From Isurus oxyrinchus (lineage: Eukaryota), in NCBI GenBank assembly GCA_026770705.1, contig JANJGN010000385.1, forward strand, positions 310,001 through 374,000: 64,000 nucleotides of DNA, in the 5' to 3' direction. Below, piece by piece: positions 38,377 through 50,122 of the stretch. The position numbers and the translations under genes were made by a program. The stretch's first letter is position 1, and each line of letters opens with the position of its first letter. The notes beneath the pieces are model-generated. The model saw nothing but the letters and a program-made list of their open reading frames with translations. It did no database searches and had not been told where the DNA came from.

Positions 38377-41300
38377 GTAAGTGCTGTGTTATAATTACTC
38401 AACAATTCACATTCAACACTCAATGGGAAATAATAGTGTTTGATTTGCTTGTTTTTTGGCCGTGTTAACCAGCATCACTATTTTTAATGATTTGTCTATT
38501 TCTGCTCCCAGATCCATGAGCTTATTGTGTGTGATTGAATCCACATCATAGCTGTAACGTAAACCGAGCTGAGGGATGATGACACTTCCCCCCTGAGTGA
38601 AGTGTCTCCTCCCCACTACACCTTCCACCCCTCACACTGTCCGTGTAAACCCCCGTCCCATCTCCAGCCTCTCGTTCCCCTCCAAAGTCCTTGAACGTGT
38701 TTCCATTTCCCGAATCCATTCCCATCTTTCCCGGAACTCCATGTTTGAATCCCTCCAATCAGGTTCCCACCCCAGCCACTGTGCTGAAACAGCTCTTATC
38801 AAGGTCACAAATGGCATCCTGTGTGACTGTGACAAAGGTCAACTTTCCCTCCTCGTCCTTCTCGATCTGTCTGCAGCCTTTGACACGCTCGACCACACCA
38901 TCCTCCTCCAACCCCTCTCCACTGTGGTCCAGCTGGGTGGGACTGCTCTCCCCTGGCTCCATTCTTATCCATCTCATCGTAGCCAGAGAATCACTTGCAA
39001 TGGCTTTGCAGCATCATCTGAACAGTGTTAGTTTTCACCTGTCCACTGAGGATCCCCAGCTCTACCTCACCACCACCTCTCTCGACTCCTCCACTGCTGC
39101 TAAATTATCAGGCTGCTTATCCGACATCCAGTACTGGATGGGCAGAAATTCCCTCCAATTAAATATTGGAAAGACTGAGGCCATTGTCTTCATTCCCCGC
39201 TCCAAACTCTGTTCCCTCGCTACCAACTCCATTCCACTCCCTGGCAGCTCTCTGAGATTGAAGCCAATCTGTTCACAGCTTTGTTGTCCCATTTGATCCT
39301 GAGATGAGCTTCCGGCCTCATATCTGCACCCTCACTAACACCGTCTATTTCCACCTGCGTAACATCGCACGACGTCACCCTGTCTCAGCTCATCTGCTGC
39401 TGAAACCCTCATCCACGCCTTCATTACCTCCAGACTCGACTGTTCCAACACACGCTCTACACTCCATAAACTTGAGGCCATCCAAAACTGCTGACCACAT
39501 CCTTACTCACACCAAGTCCCGTTCCCTTATCACCCACTCTGCTCGATGACCGAGACTGGCTCCTGGTCAAGCAAAGTCGCAATGTCCAAATTTTCATCTT
39601 TGTTTCCGCACTATCCCTGTAATCTCCTCATCCTCCTACAGTACCTACAACACTCCCTATCTCTGTAACCTCTTCAATTGTCTACAACCATCCCATTCTC
39701 TGTTACCTCTTCAAGCTCCTATCACTTCCCTATAGCTGTAAATTCATCCTGCCCAACAAACCTACCAATCTCTGCAACCTCCTCCAGCCACTACAACCCT
39801 CCCTATTTCTGTAACTTCCTCCTGCCCCTAAAAGCTTCCCTATCTCTGTAGCCTGCTCCAGTCCCGACAACTTTCCCTGCCCCTGTAACCTGCCCCAGTC
39901 ACTACAACCTTCCTTCTCTCTGTAACCTCCTCCAGCCCCTCCAACCCTCTGAGGTCTCTGTGCTCATCCAATTCCAGCCTCTTGACCATCCGCCGATCCC
40001 ATCACTCCAACATCAGCGTCCATGCCTTCAGCTGCCTGGGGCCCGAGCTCTGTAATACCCTCCCTCAACCCCTCTCCATCCCTCTCTCTCACTCTCTCTA
40101 TCTCTCTCTCTCTGTCTCTTTGTCTCTTTCTCTCTGTCTCTCCACAACACCGAACTCTTCTGGTCAGCTGTTCCTAATATCTCCACACGTGTCTGGGTGA
40201 CATACTTTGTTTTATGACGCTCCTGTGTAGCACCTTGGGGTGATTTGTCATGTTCAAGTTGTTGTGTAAATATAAGTTGTTGCCCTTTGACCCTTGACCC
40301 CAGCTTGAGTCTTATTTTTGACGGAATGTACATCCTCCTTAGATTTCTGACCAAAATGTCATTTGATTATTTTTATTGAGCGAATGCCAAGCCCCGATAC
40401 CGAGCGAGAGCCTCCTCATTTGCTGAGTTTAAGGTGATGAGTCAGCCCCTTAGTCTGTAGAGGGGATTCTCCTCGGTAATGTGCAGCCTTGTTTGTGTCT
40501 CTCCACAAGCGCATGAGGGGTTTGTACAGAGGCTGCAGCGCTGGAGGGGGTCTGCACAGGGGTCCTGGCCTGTCCTGAGCCGGTTTTAGCAAGGTCCACT
40601 CTGGCCTTGGCAGCTGAAAGCCAGCCATTGGACAGACGGGGCCTGTCACAAGGAGCCTGTTAGTCACTACCCCCCCCGTGTCTCCTGTGCTCGGATCCAG
40701 ACCATGTTGGCTGGTGGATCTGGCTCAGGAAGGGTCCTCCCCATGGGACCCCCTGATGGAAGGTGGGTCGAGCGGGTCAGTCACTTGCATGTTTATTCTG
40801 CAGCTTTAATATTTTAAGAAGGTAAGAATGTAGGAACATAAGAAATAGGGACAGGAGCAGGCCATTCGGCCCCTTGAGCCTGCTCTCACTGATCTGGTTG
40901 TGGCCTTAACTCCATTTTCCTGCCTGACACAAACCCTTGACTCCCTTGTCGATCAAAAACCTGCCTCACTCAGCCTTGAGTCTATTCAATGGCCCAGCCT
41001 CCACTGCTCTCTGGGGAAGAGAATTCCACAGGCTAGCACCCCTCTGAGAGAGGAAATTCCTCCTCATCTCAGTCTTAAATGGGAGAGCCCTCATTCCGAA
41101 ACTGTGCTCCCTGGTTCTAGATTCCCCCACGAGGGGGAAACATCCTCCCAGCATCCACCCTGTCAAGCCCCCTCGGAATCGGATATGTTTCAATAAGGTC
41201 ACCACTCATTCTTCTAAACTCCAATGGATACAGGCCCAACCTGCTCAACATTTCCTCACAGGACAAACCCCTTAATCCCAGGAATCAGCCCAGTGAACCT

Positions 41301-41714
41301 CCTCTGGACTGCGTTCAATGCAGAGTCTATCCCTCCCTAAGTAAGGAGACCAGAACTGTACACACTGCTCCTGATACAATCTCACCCTGTGCAGCTGTTG
41401 CAAGTCTTCCCTCCTTTTATACTCCATCCCTTTGCAATAAAGGCCAACATTCCACTTGCCTTCCTCATTCCGTGGTGTTCCTGAATGCTGACTTTCTGTG
41501 ATTCATGTACAAGGACACCCAGATCCCTCTGTACTGCATTCTGCAGCCTGTCTCCATTTAAATAATATCCTGTTTTTCTATTCTTCCTGCCAAAATAATT
41601 TGTTGCCATTCTCCTCAGTATTGACCATCCCCCCAATTCAGCCTCATCTGTAAATATCGGTTTCAGTGGATCCACAAACCATCCAGAGTTAAATATTGAG
41701 ATTTCTCTCCCCAG

Positions 41715-42083
41715 ATGAACCCTCACAAGAGTGGAGAGGTGACATTCCACGAGAGGTGACAGCGCAGGAAGGTTCGTGTGTACAGATTCCATGTCATTAC
41801 AGTTATCCATCGTGTCTGGAAAACCAACCGCGAGGTGGAGTCTGGTTTAATAATGAGAAACAGATTCCCTGGGCTCCCATTGCCTTTCACTCCAAGGATC
41901 ACAGTCACGAGTTACCACGGTTCCGCCATCGGACCCGGCTGTCTGGAGACCTGAAAGATGGCGACTGTTCCCTGATTATAAACAACATCAGATGGGAAGA
42001 TGCAGGACCTTATTTTTTCAAGATAGAATTTGACAATGGTCCGAGCCATAACTATTACCCTGTAACCCAGCTTTACGTTTCTG
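41715..42083 (+). CDS. Gene C V-set exon V2 (essential Arg->Lys, extra Cys)
   Basis: 369 nt, open, phase 1-1. Begins (D)EPSQEW, contains YPSCLE and YFFKIE. Confidence 0.85.
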
Positions 42084-42896
42084 GTAAGTGCTGTGTTATA
42101 ATTACTCAACAATTCACATTCAACACTCAATGGGAAATAACACAAACTGTGATGTTTACATATTAACACAAAACACAGCTTATTATAACACACTGTCTGA
42201 TTCTCAATAACCTGGTGATAGCTTCCAGTTCAGTCCTAAAGCAACCTTTAATACTCACTTTAATATCAATGATTAAATGTATTGACTGTGTCCATCAATG
42301 TTATCAGGATATCCACTCCCATCGATCTCCGTAACCCTGTTTGACAGTCTTACATATCGACAAAAGAAAGATTCGCATTTCTATAGCACCTTTCAACATC
42401 TCTGTACGTCACAAATGGATTCACAACCAATGAAATAATTCTTGAAATGTAGCCCTTGTTGTAATATGGGAAACACAGCAGCCAATTTATTCACAGCAAG
42501 CTCCCAGAAACAGCTATGTGATCAATAACCTGATCATCTGCTTTTGATGCCGGTTCAGTGATTGGTTCAAATGGATTCTCTCCTGCTGGGGACAGGATAG
42601 AATTTAAATCTGGCAGATTTCGGAGAAAGTAACAAGCCAGTGTGCCAGGAACTGTGAGCTGCTCCCCCACCCTCACCTGGGATTGTCAATTCAATTGTCT
42701 CAAAGTGGAAATGAATTCATCTGAGTGACAGAAACTCCACTAAGTCTGAAAATAGGAAATTCTCTCCTGATCGTTGTAACCTCTCAGTTCTGATATCATC
42801 CTTGTAAAAGTGCTTTCTCTTGTGGGACTGTGATTTCTATTTGAACTGATGCTTCACATTATATTTCTCTAAAAGGATCCATTCTCTGTCTGTTAG

Positions 42897-43193
42897 ATTT
42901 CACAGATAAACCCACGATATTCCCTGCTGAAATTATTGCAGGAAAGCGTGTGGATGTAAGCTGCACCTTCAACACAACGTGCAATGGAACAGCAGCACCT
43001 GTCTTAACCTGGGACACTCCCACTGACGTGCCTGGATCAGTCTCAAACACTGTAACTCAGCATGGTGTCACTCTGACCTATACTTCTGTTCTGACCCTGA
43101 CCCCATCACTCAAACACCACGGACACACTCTCAGCTGCAGAGTGAGATATCCATCTGTTTCATCAGAGCGGACCCTCGTACTAACTGTACAAT
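42897..43193 (+). CDS. Gene C C2a exon
   Basis: 297 nt, open, ttag|...T|gtaagt. Confidence 0.9.
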
Positions 43194-43390
43194 GTAAGTA
43201 TGGACACCCTTCATTCTATATTAGCGGTATTAGGATATAATGTGCTGGGCAAGATCCCACAAACTTCACTGGGTTGAAGACAAAACTGGTCCTTTTTTAA
43301 TGAGTGATATTGAGCAGGGAGAGCTGTTCCTTGTATTGACCCTTGGGATTGTTTATCCCAACCTGATAGGGCAGAGGGGGCCCAGGTTGT

Positions 43391-43457
43391 GACTATCAGT
43401 GTGTGGCAGAGAATGAACATGGAGCAGTGGAGGGGTTCATAACCATCACTGTGGAAT
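43391..43457 (+). pseudogene. Gene C C2b exon remnant (last ~67 nt only)
   Basis: DYQCVAENEHGAVEGFITITVE + donor. The breakpoint differs from genes A/B. Confidence 0.8.
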
Positions 43458-43469
43458 GTGAGTGTGGAG

Positions 43470-43783
43470 ATACATTTGTTTGGTTGTTGTCTCCGTGGTC
43501 TCCGTGGAGCCATTGGGATCGTGTTGTTTTTAATCCAGTTTTCTTCAATCCTCGCTCAGTCCACGTTATCCACACATCCAATTTTTCCTCTCCCTTTCTG
43601 TTTTTGCTCTCAGTTTCTCCTTCAATGGTTGTGAGGACAAGGCTGTCAGGTCTTCGTTTCCAATCTCCGTACTTGATGAACTTTCTCTCTCTAACTGCCC
43701 TGAACAACCCTTTTAATTGCTGAACATCTCCTCTTGATCTAAGCCACTCATTGGTCTTTCTGTCCATCCAGCTGATTCTGAGC
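43470..43783 (-). mobile_element. RTE-like LINE 3' fragment
   Basis: MLRISWMDRKTNE...RERK..YG.WKRRPDSLVLTTIEG resembles the RTE ORF C-terminus. Confidence 0.6.
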
Positions 43784-44840
43784 ATCTGGCAGCATCTGTG
43801 GAGAGAAAGACAGGGTTAGCGTTTGGAGTCTGTATGACTCTTCTTCAGAGCTAAAGGGAAGTAGACATGTGGTGAAATATATCCTGTCCAAGGGGGGGCG
43901 ATGGGACAGGTGGAGCTGGATAGAAAACCAGCGATAGGTGGAGGCAATGGAGAGATTGTGGAAGATGTCATAAACAAAAGGTCAAAGGGTTGTTAACAGT
44001 GGTGGTATTGGATAAAGGAGGTGCTAATGGTGACATTAAGCAGAGTGTGATAATGGGCGGACCAGGGTAAGCACTCTGGAAAGAGACAGATGGCCCTCGT
44101 GGGGGTGTGGCAGGGGGAGGGGACGGTGGAGGGAATAAAGATCGAAAATAGACTAAAATCTGTGGATAAAACAATCAATAAAAATGGAAATGAATTTCAA
44201 ATAATAATAATAAAAATAAGGGGAAAACAGTTAACAAAAAATACAATTAAAATGAATACATAAAAAAGGGTTCAAAAAGCAGTGAAGATCGAGGAGCGAG
44301 TTCGTGATCTGAAATTGTTGAACTCAATATTCAGTCGGGAAGGCTGTAAAGTGCCAGGTCGGAAGATGAGGTGCTGTTCCTCCAGTTTGTGTTGGGCTTC
44401 ACTGGAACAATGCAGCAGGCCAAGGACGGACATGTGGGCATGAGAGCAGGGTGGGGTGTTAAAATGGCAAGCGACAGGGAGGTCTGGGTCATGCTTGTGG
44501 ACAGACCGAAGGTGTTCATCAGAGCGAACACCCAGTCTGCGTTTGGTCTGTCCCATGTAGAGGAGACCACATTGGGAGCAGTGAATGCAGTAGATTAAAT
44601 TGAAGGAAGTGTACATGAAGCGCTGCTTCACCTGGAAGGAGTGTTTGGGTCATTGGACAGTGAGGGGGGAGGAAGTAAAGGGGCAGGTGTTGCACCTTCT
44701 GTAAATGCATGGGAAGATGTCATCGGAGAGGGTTGAGGTGCTAGGGGTGATGGAGGAGTGGACCAGGGTGTCCTGGAGGGAATGATCCCTGTGGAATGCC
44801 AACGGGGTGGGAGTGAAGGAAAGATGCTTTTGATGGTGGT
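43783..44840 (-). mobile_element. Penelope-like retroelement 3' part with GIY-YIG endonuclease
   Basis: ORF 44272-44631: NLIYCIHCSQCGLLYMGQTKRRL..R..EH...PVACHFN...LEEQHLIF..GTLQP..LN. Confidence 0.85.
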
Positions 44841-44984
44841 CACATTTTGTCCGAAGGAGGTGAGAAATGAGGGAGGGAATTCCAGAGGTTAGGATCCAGG
44901 CAGCTGAAGGCACGGCTGCCAATGGTGGAGCGATAGGAATCGGGGGAAGGTCAAGAGGCTGGAATTGGAGGTGCATCGAGATCT

Positions 44985-45510
44985 CGGAGGGTTGTAGAGG
45001 CTGGAGGAGTTTACAGAGATAAGGAAGGTTATAGGGGCTGGAGGAGGTTACAGAGATAGGGAGGGTTGTAGGGGCTGGAGGAGGTTACAGAGATAGGGAG
45101 TGTTGTAGGGGCTGGATGAGGTTACAGAGATAGTGAGGGTTGAAGGGTCTGGAGGAGGTTACAGAGATAGGGAGGGTTGTAGAGGCTGGAGGAGTTTACA
45201 GAGATAGGGAGGGTTGTGGGGGCTGGAGGAGGTTACAGAGTTAGGGAGGGTTGTGGGGGCTGGAGGAGGTTACAGAGGTAGAGAGGGTTGTGGGGGCTGG
45301 AGGAGGTTACATAGATAGGGAGGGGTGTAGGGATGGAAGGTGGTTGCGGAGTTAGCGAGTTTTATATGGGCTGTAGGAGGTTACAGGGATAGGGACGGTT
45401 GTGGGGGTTGGAGGAGGTTACAGAGATAGGGAGGGTTATAGGTGCTGAAGGAGGTAACAGAGATAGGGAGGGTTATAGGGGCTGGAGGAGGTAACAGAGA
45501 TAGGGAGGGG
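44985..45510 (+). repeat. ~37-38-bp minisatellite (GGCTGGAGGAGGTTACAGAGATAGGGAGGGTTGTAGG)n inside an L2-like 3' fragment
   Basis: Tandem units directly visible. Confidence 0.85.
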
Positions 45511-45803
45511 GTAAGGAGGGATTTGAAACGATGTGAATTTTAAAATTGTGGCATTGTCGGACCGGGAGCCAGTGTAGCTCAGTGACCAACAGGGAGTGAT
45601 GTGTGAGTTAGGACATGGGGACAGCAGAGTTTAGGATGAGCTGATGTTTATGGAGAGTGAAAGATGGGAGGTCGGGCAGGAGAGTGTTGGGATAGTTGAG
45701 TGCAGAGGTAACAAAGGCAGGAATGAGTGTTTCAGTGTGAAGATTCTATCTTACGCTCTAACTTTGCTATGACGTTGTCTCATTGTTGTCCTTCCCTCCT
45801 CAG

Positions 45804-46097
45804 ATAAGCCGGAGATTTCCCAGCAGTCGGAGTGCACTCGGAGATCAGAGGGGGTCACCTGCGTCTGTGTGGCCACCTCCAACCCACCGGGAGACCTCAC
45901 CTGGCACCTGCCCAGTGCCAACATCAGTGGTAACCAAACACACGGAGATTTTGTGTCGTGGCAGGTCAGAGATGGGCATCTGGTGACTGGTTCCCTCACT
46001 CTGATGAGACCCCAGGATGAGGGGGGAGTGATTGCATCCTGCTCGGTTCAAAACCCACACGGGGAAGCCATGTTCAAGGTGTATCTGTGGGTCAAAG
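45804..46097 (+). CDS. Gene C membrane-proximal C2 exon (C2c)
   Basis: 294 nt, phase 1-1. KPEISQQSECTRRSEGVTCVCVATSNPPGDLTW...SCSVQNPHGEAMFKVYLWVK. The C-x8-CxC pattern resembles MAG domain 5 and the last domain of Siglec-5/10/11. Confidence 0.85.
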
Positions 46098-46448
46098 GTG
46101 AGAGACTCGCTCAGGTTCGATCTCCACTCAGCTGGATTGATCCCTAAACTCGAGAATTCCCTCCCTCAACCTCTCCACCTCTCTCTCTACCTCCTCTAAG
46201 ATGCTGTGTACAACTTCCCCCTTTGACCAAGCTTTGAATCACCTGACCTCATGTGACAATGGCAACACTTGGTCAAATTGGAGCCAGGCCGTTCAGGGGG
46301 TGATGTCAGGAAGCACTTCTTCACACAAAGGGGAGTGGAAATCTGGAACCCTCTCCCCCAGATAAGCTGCTTCATTGGGTGCAAGACAGAAAGCTTTGAC
46401 AAAATGTCCTTTCTCAGCAATACTCAGGTTCTCCCCCCAAACGACTAA

Positions 46449-46740
46449 ATATTATATATAAACATTACATAGATTACATCGAGAAACATTATATATAAAT
46501 ATTACATAGATTACATCGAGAAACATTATATATAAATATTACATAGATTACATCGAGAAATATTATATATAAATATTACATAGATTACATTGATAAATAT
46601 TATATATAAATATTACATAGATTACATCGAGAAAAATTATATATAAATGTTACATATATTACATTGCTAAATATTATACATTAATGTTATAGGGATCACA
46701 TTGATAAATATATATAAATGTTAAATTGATTACATCGAAA
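46449..46740 (+). repeat. AT-rich ~37-bp tandem repeat (ATTATATATAAATATTACATAGATTACATCGAGAAAC)n
   Basis: Directly visible. Confidence 0.85.
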
Positions 46741-47236
46741 TGCAAGACTCGATAACCAATGAAGCAGTTTCGAAGTGAGCTCACTGTTGTCATGTAGGAA
46801 ACGCAACAGTTGATTTGTACACAGCAAGATCCCACAAACAACAGCGTGCAATTGAGGTGATAATTGATTATTTTAGTGAGGTTATTTGATACATATATAT
46901 ATAGAAATTACATATATAATGTGGGTCACTAATGACCCTTAAGGGAGGGAAACCTGTCCATTTTAACAGGTCTGGGTGTATATGTGACTCCAGTCTCAGA
47001 CACCATCATGGTTAACTCTTACCTGCCCTCTGAACTGGTCTCCCAGTTTGGGACAAACCAGTGGTTCAGGAGGAAGACCCCCCACCACCATCTCAAGGGG
47101 AAACTAGGGATGGACAATAAATGTCAGCATTGCCCGAGAATGAGTATTTAAACACTGAGTGAGTGTATCGCTTCTCGAGATACATCGGAGCATCATTGTA
47201 AACCTGTAGTGCAGTAATTAATGACTGTTTTTACAG

Positions 47237-47333
47237 GTAGAGACTCCAGTAAATGGACAGTAGGATTGTTCACGGCTGGGATCATGTTGAGTGTTTTCCT
47301 GGCTGGAATCTTCATCTTCATCTGTGTGAGAAA
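47237..47333 (+). CDS. Gene C transmembrane exon (uncharged)
   Basis: ttacag|...AA|gtaagt. RDSSKWTVGLFTAGIMLSVFLAGIFIFICVRK, homologous to 63383-63479. Confidence 0.85.
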
Positions 47334-47499
47334 GTAAGTCTGAAGATTTAACTTGATTTTAATATAAACATTTGTTGAGGACTATTTGGACAGTTTTTAC
47401 AAAGGGCCAGCACGGGCACGATGGGCTGAGTGGCTTCCTCCTGAGCTGTGAGATTTTAAATTCTTTAATCAAATGTGACTGTCACTGGTGAGGCCGTTA

Positions 47500-47920
47500 T
47501 TAAATTGCCCATCCCTAATTGCCCCTTGAGAAGGTGGTGGTGAGCTGCCTTCTTGACCCGCTGCAGTCCATGTGGTGTAGGTACACCCACAGTGCTGTTA
47601 GAGAGGGAGTTCCAGGATTTTGACCCAGCGACAGTGAAGGAACGGTGATATATTTCCAAGTCAGGATGGTGAGTGACTTGGAGGGGAACTTCCAGGTGGT
47701 GGTGTTCCCATGTGTCTGCTGCCCTTGTCCTTCTAGATGGTAGAGGTCGTGGGTTTGGAAGGTGCTGTTGAAGGAGCCTTGCTGAGTTGCTGCAGTGCAT
47801 CTTGTAGATGTTACACACACTGCTGCCACTGTGTGTTCATGGTGGAGGGAGTGAATGTTTAATGTGGTGGATGGGGTGTAGATCAATCGAGCTGCTTTGT
47901 CCTGGATGGTGTCAAGCTTC
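47500..47920 (-). mobile_element. LINE 3' fragment; related copies at ~51400-52130 (+) and ~62160-63190 (-)
   Basis: KKLDTIQDKAARLI...HSLHH...SWNSL...VKKAAHHHLLKG, recurrent in the window. Confidence 0.7.
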
Positions 47921-48056
47921 TTGATTCTGTGCTTTGTGCAGATGTGATTTAAAGAGACAGTCCCAGTCATTGGTGTAAGTTACAGTGGGCTCTGTGTCTG
48001 TGCTGCACTGACTCTCTGCTATATGATAACCACAGTGTGATATTGTGTTATTGCAG

Positions 48057-48138
48057 GAGAAAGACAGCGATGGAGGAGAGAGTTTCAGGGACCAGTGACA
48101 TTGTATTGACTCCCAGTCCACTCTCTGTGAAGCACCAG
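48057..48138 (+). CDS. Gene C cytoplasmic exon 1
   Basis: ttgcag|, phase 2-0, links TM and last exon in frame: RKTAMEERVSGTSDIVLTPSPLSVKHQ|gtacag. Confidence 0.7.
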
Positions 48139-48273
48139 GTACAGGAGCTGTTTACACTCACTCCAAAGCTTCAATCTCAGTGTGTAGACAACACATGTCC
48201 CAGATTCCCAGCCCAGTTACCCACTGATTTGTACCTGTGGAGTCAGCAATGGTTCAGTATCATGCTGTCTCTC

Positions 48274-49025
48274 TATTATGACACAGCAACTGGTAAAGGC
48301 TGTTGTTTAAAATCCGAGAGGAAACTTTAAACAACTGTCATAACCTATATTTCCCAGTGGAATGTTTGAGATGCAGCTCTAAATTCAGGAATAAGAGCAC
48401 CAGTTCTCGACATCGGTGTTATATCAAACTACATGAGACATTTATTAATTTACACAAGTTAAACATATGCACATGGCTACAAGCGAGTATTATCATAACT
48501 TTTTAACAAATTCCCAAACTAATCTCCTCTAAGATAACCCATAGAATTTAAGCAGACACCCAGGCAAAGCATTTTCACCTCACAAATTCCAAATGAGGTT
48601 CCTTTCACTTTGGTTCCTTTGCAGACAGGTGTAGGCTTACAGCTGCTTTGATGTTACAAGCCTCTGCTCTGCACACACAAAACTGCTCAAGTTATACCCA
48701 GTGCTTCTCTTTGAATGTAAATTCTCATTGTATCATCAGGACCTTTGATCTCCATCTCTTCTAACAATAAATCCTCTGTCATAGTATCAATTTTATCAAC
48801 AAAATAAATGTTGATTGGTTTAAGATTTCACTCTCAGGCTTTGAATACTCTGTTTAAAAATACAAATTTTTATCTCTCAGTTTACATCTCAACACTACTA
48901 TACATCAAATACCCAGACTGGCTGGCTTTAATCCAATTAAAACACACACAGACACACCCACAGACTAAACCTCTTCTTAAATAGACAATTTCCAATTACA
49001 TTACATACATTAAAAGATTCATAAC
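48274..49025. mobile_element. Solo LTR-like element
   Basis: T.TTATGA...TCATAACA inverted termini. Clearly related to 53818-54645. Confidence 0.6.
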
Positions 49026-49043
49026 ACTCTGTCTCTGTCCCTT

Positions 49044-49075
<32 letters not shown>

Positions 49076-49164
49076 ATCCTCTCTGATTACAAGATTCATG
49101 TTATTGAGCCTCAGACCAGGCACCTGAGTGCAGAAACCAAGCCGTCACTCACCAGAGCCATTAC

Positions 49165-49412
49165 CGAGGGAGTGCGGGACTGACAGTGGGTCAGCACTGA
49201 GGGAGTGCCGCACTGTCGGAGGGTCAGTACTGAGGGAGTGCTGCATTGTCGGAGGGTCAGTACTGAGGGAGTGCTGCACTGACAGAGGGTCAGTACTGAG
49301 GGAGTGCCGCACTGTCGGAGGGTCAGTACTGAGGGAGTGCTGCACTGTCGGAGGGTCAGTACTGAGGAAGTACTGCACTATCAGAGGGTCAGTACTGAGG
49401 GAGCACTGCACT
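49165..49412 (+). repeat. 33-bp minisatellite amplified inside a SINE-like body
   Basis: Units followed by GGTGGTTTCTTTCAGATGA...TTAAACC, resembling my recollection of the DeuSINE core. Confidence 0.75.
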
Positions 49413-49556
49413 GCCATAGGTGGTTTCTTTCAGATGACATGAGGGAGGATTAAACCCACTGAGCCACGACTGACACTAACGACGCTGCACAATAATTTAA
49501 CCCTATCAGTGCCAGTAAATGATGTGAGGATGTCTTCTGTTTCCATTTCTCTGTAG

Positions 49557-49805
49557 GGTAAACAGAACGTGCTGATTACTGAGCCCCGGAACACAACCAG
49601 AGATACAACTAGCGAGGGGGAGACCCCAGCTCCCCGGGGACTTTCTGAATGTGCAGTGGGAGGTGATGCTGGACATGGGAACCCTGAGAATCCCGCGGAC
49701 TTTCTCTACGCCAATCCCCAAGTCTTCAGGGTGCCCAGTGGTGATGGGTCTGTCCACAGGGAAGAGGAGACGGAATACGCACAGATCAGATTCAAGCGAA
49801 ACTGA
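49557..49805 (+). CDS. Gene C terminal cytoplasmic exon with degenerate ITIM (FLYANP) and ITSM (TEYAQI)
   Basis: ctgtag|, phase 0. ...NPADFLYANPQVFRVPSGDGSVHREEETEYAQIRFKRN*, the two-Tyr layout of CD33-related Siglecs. Confidence 0.85.
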   Translation, partial: GKQNVLITEPRNTTRDTTSEGETPAPRGLSECAVGGDAGHGNPENPADFLYANPQVFRVPSGDGSVHREEETEYAQIRFKRN

Positions 49806-49993
49806 GTGTGAAACGGGGAGAGGGGGTGAGGAGGTTTGTGGGTGGGGGCAGAGATTAAGTTTCCTGGGAACACGAGACAACCCACTGGGGGAGAGGGGGA
49901 CAGAGGGAGGAAGGGACTGAATGGGTGTATGGTTGGTGTGGTTTGGAATGAAATGTTTCCCCAGTGACGACTTGATGCTAAGTCATTGGGGAC

Positions 49994-50122
49994 NNNNNNN
50001 NNNNNNNNNNNNNNNNNNNNNNNNNNNNNNNNNNNNNNNNNNNNNNNNNNNNNNNNNNNNNNNNNNNNNNNNNNNNNNNNNNNNNNNNNNNNNNNNNNNN
50101 NNNNNNNNNNNNNNNNNNNNNN
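49994..50122. other. Assembly gap (129 N)
   Basis: Run of N in the gene C 3' UTR region. Confidence 1.

Noticed and set aside
37999-42083. Multiple V segments as a RAG-rearranging Ig/TCR/IgNAR locus
   Set aside because: Each V exon is complete through the G strand and ends in a splice donor. There is no F-strand Cys, and no correctly oriented heptamer/nonamer RSS or J segments were seen.
48100-48125. 'LTPSPL' as a lost ITIM (LTYSPL)
   Set aside because: Needs two substitutions, and there is no paralogous exon in the window for comparison.
32659-49805. Naming the genes MAG, CD22, SIGLEC1, SIGLEC15 or CD33
   Set aside because: Multi-copy, rapidly diverging and architecturally variable. Orthology cannot be set without a phylogeny, so no symbol is given.
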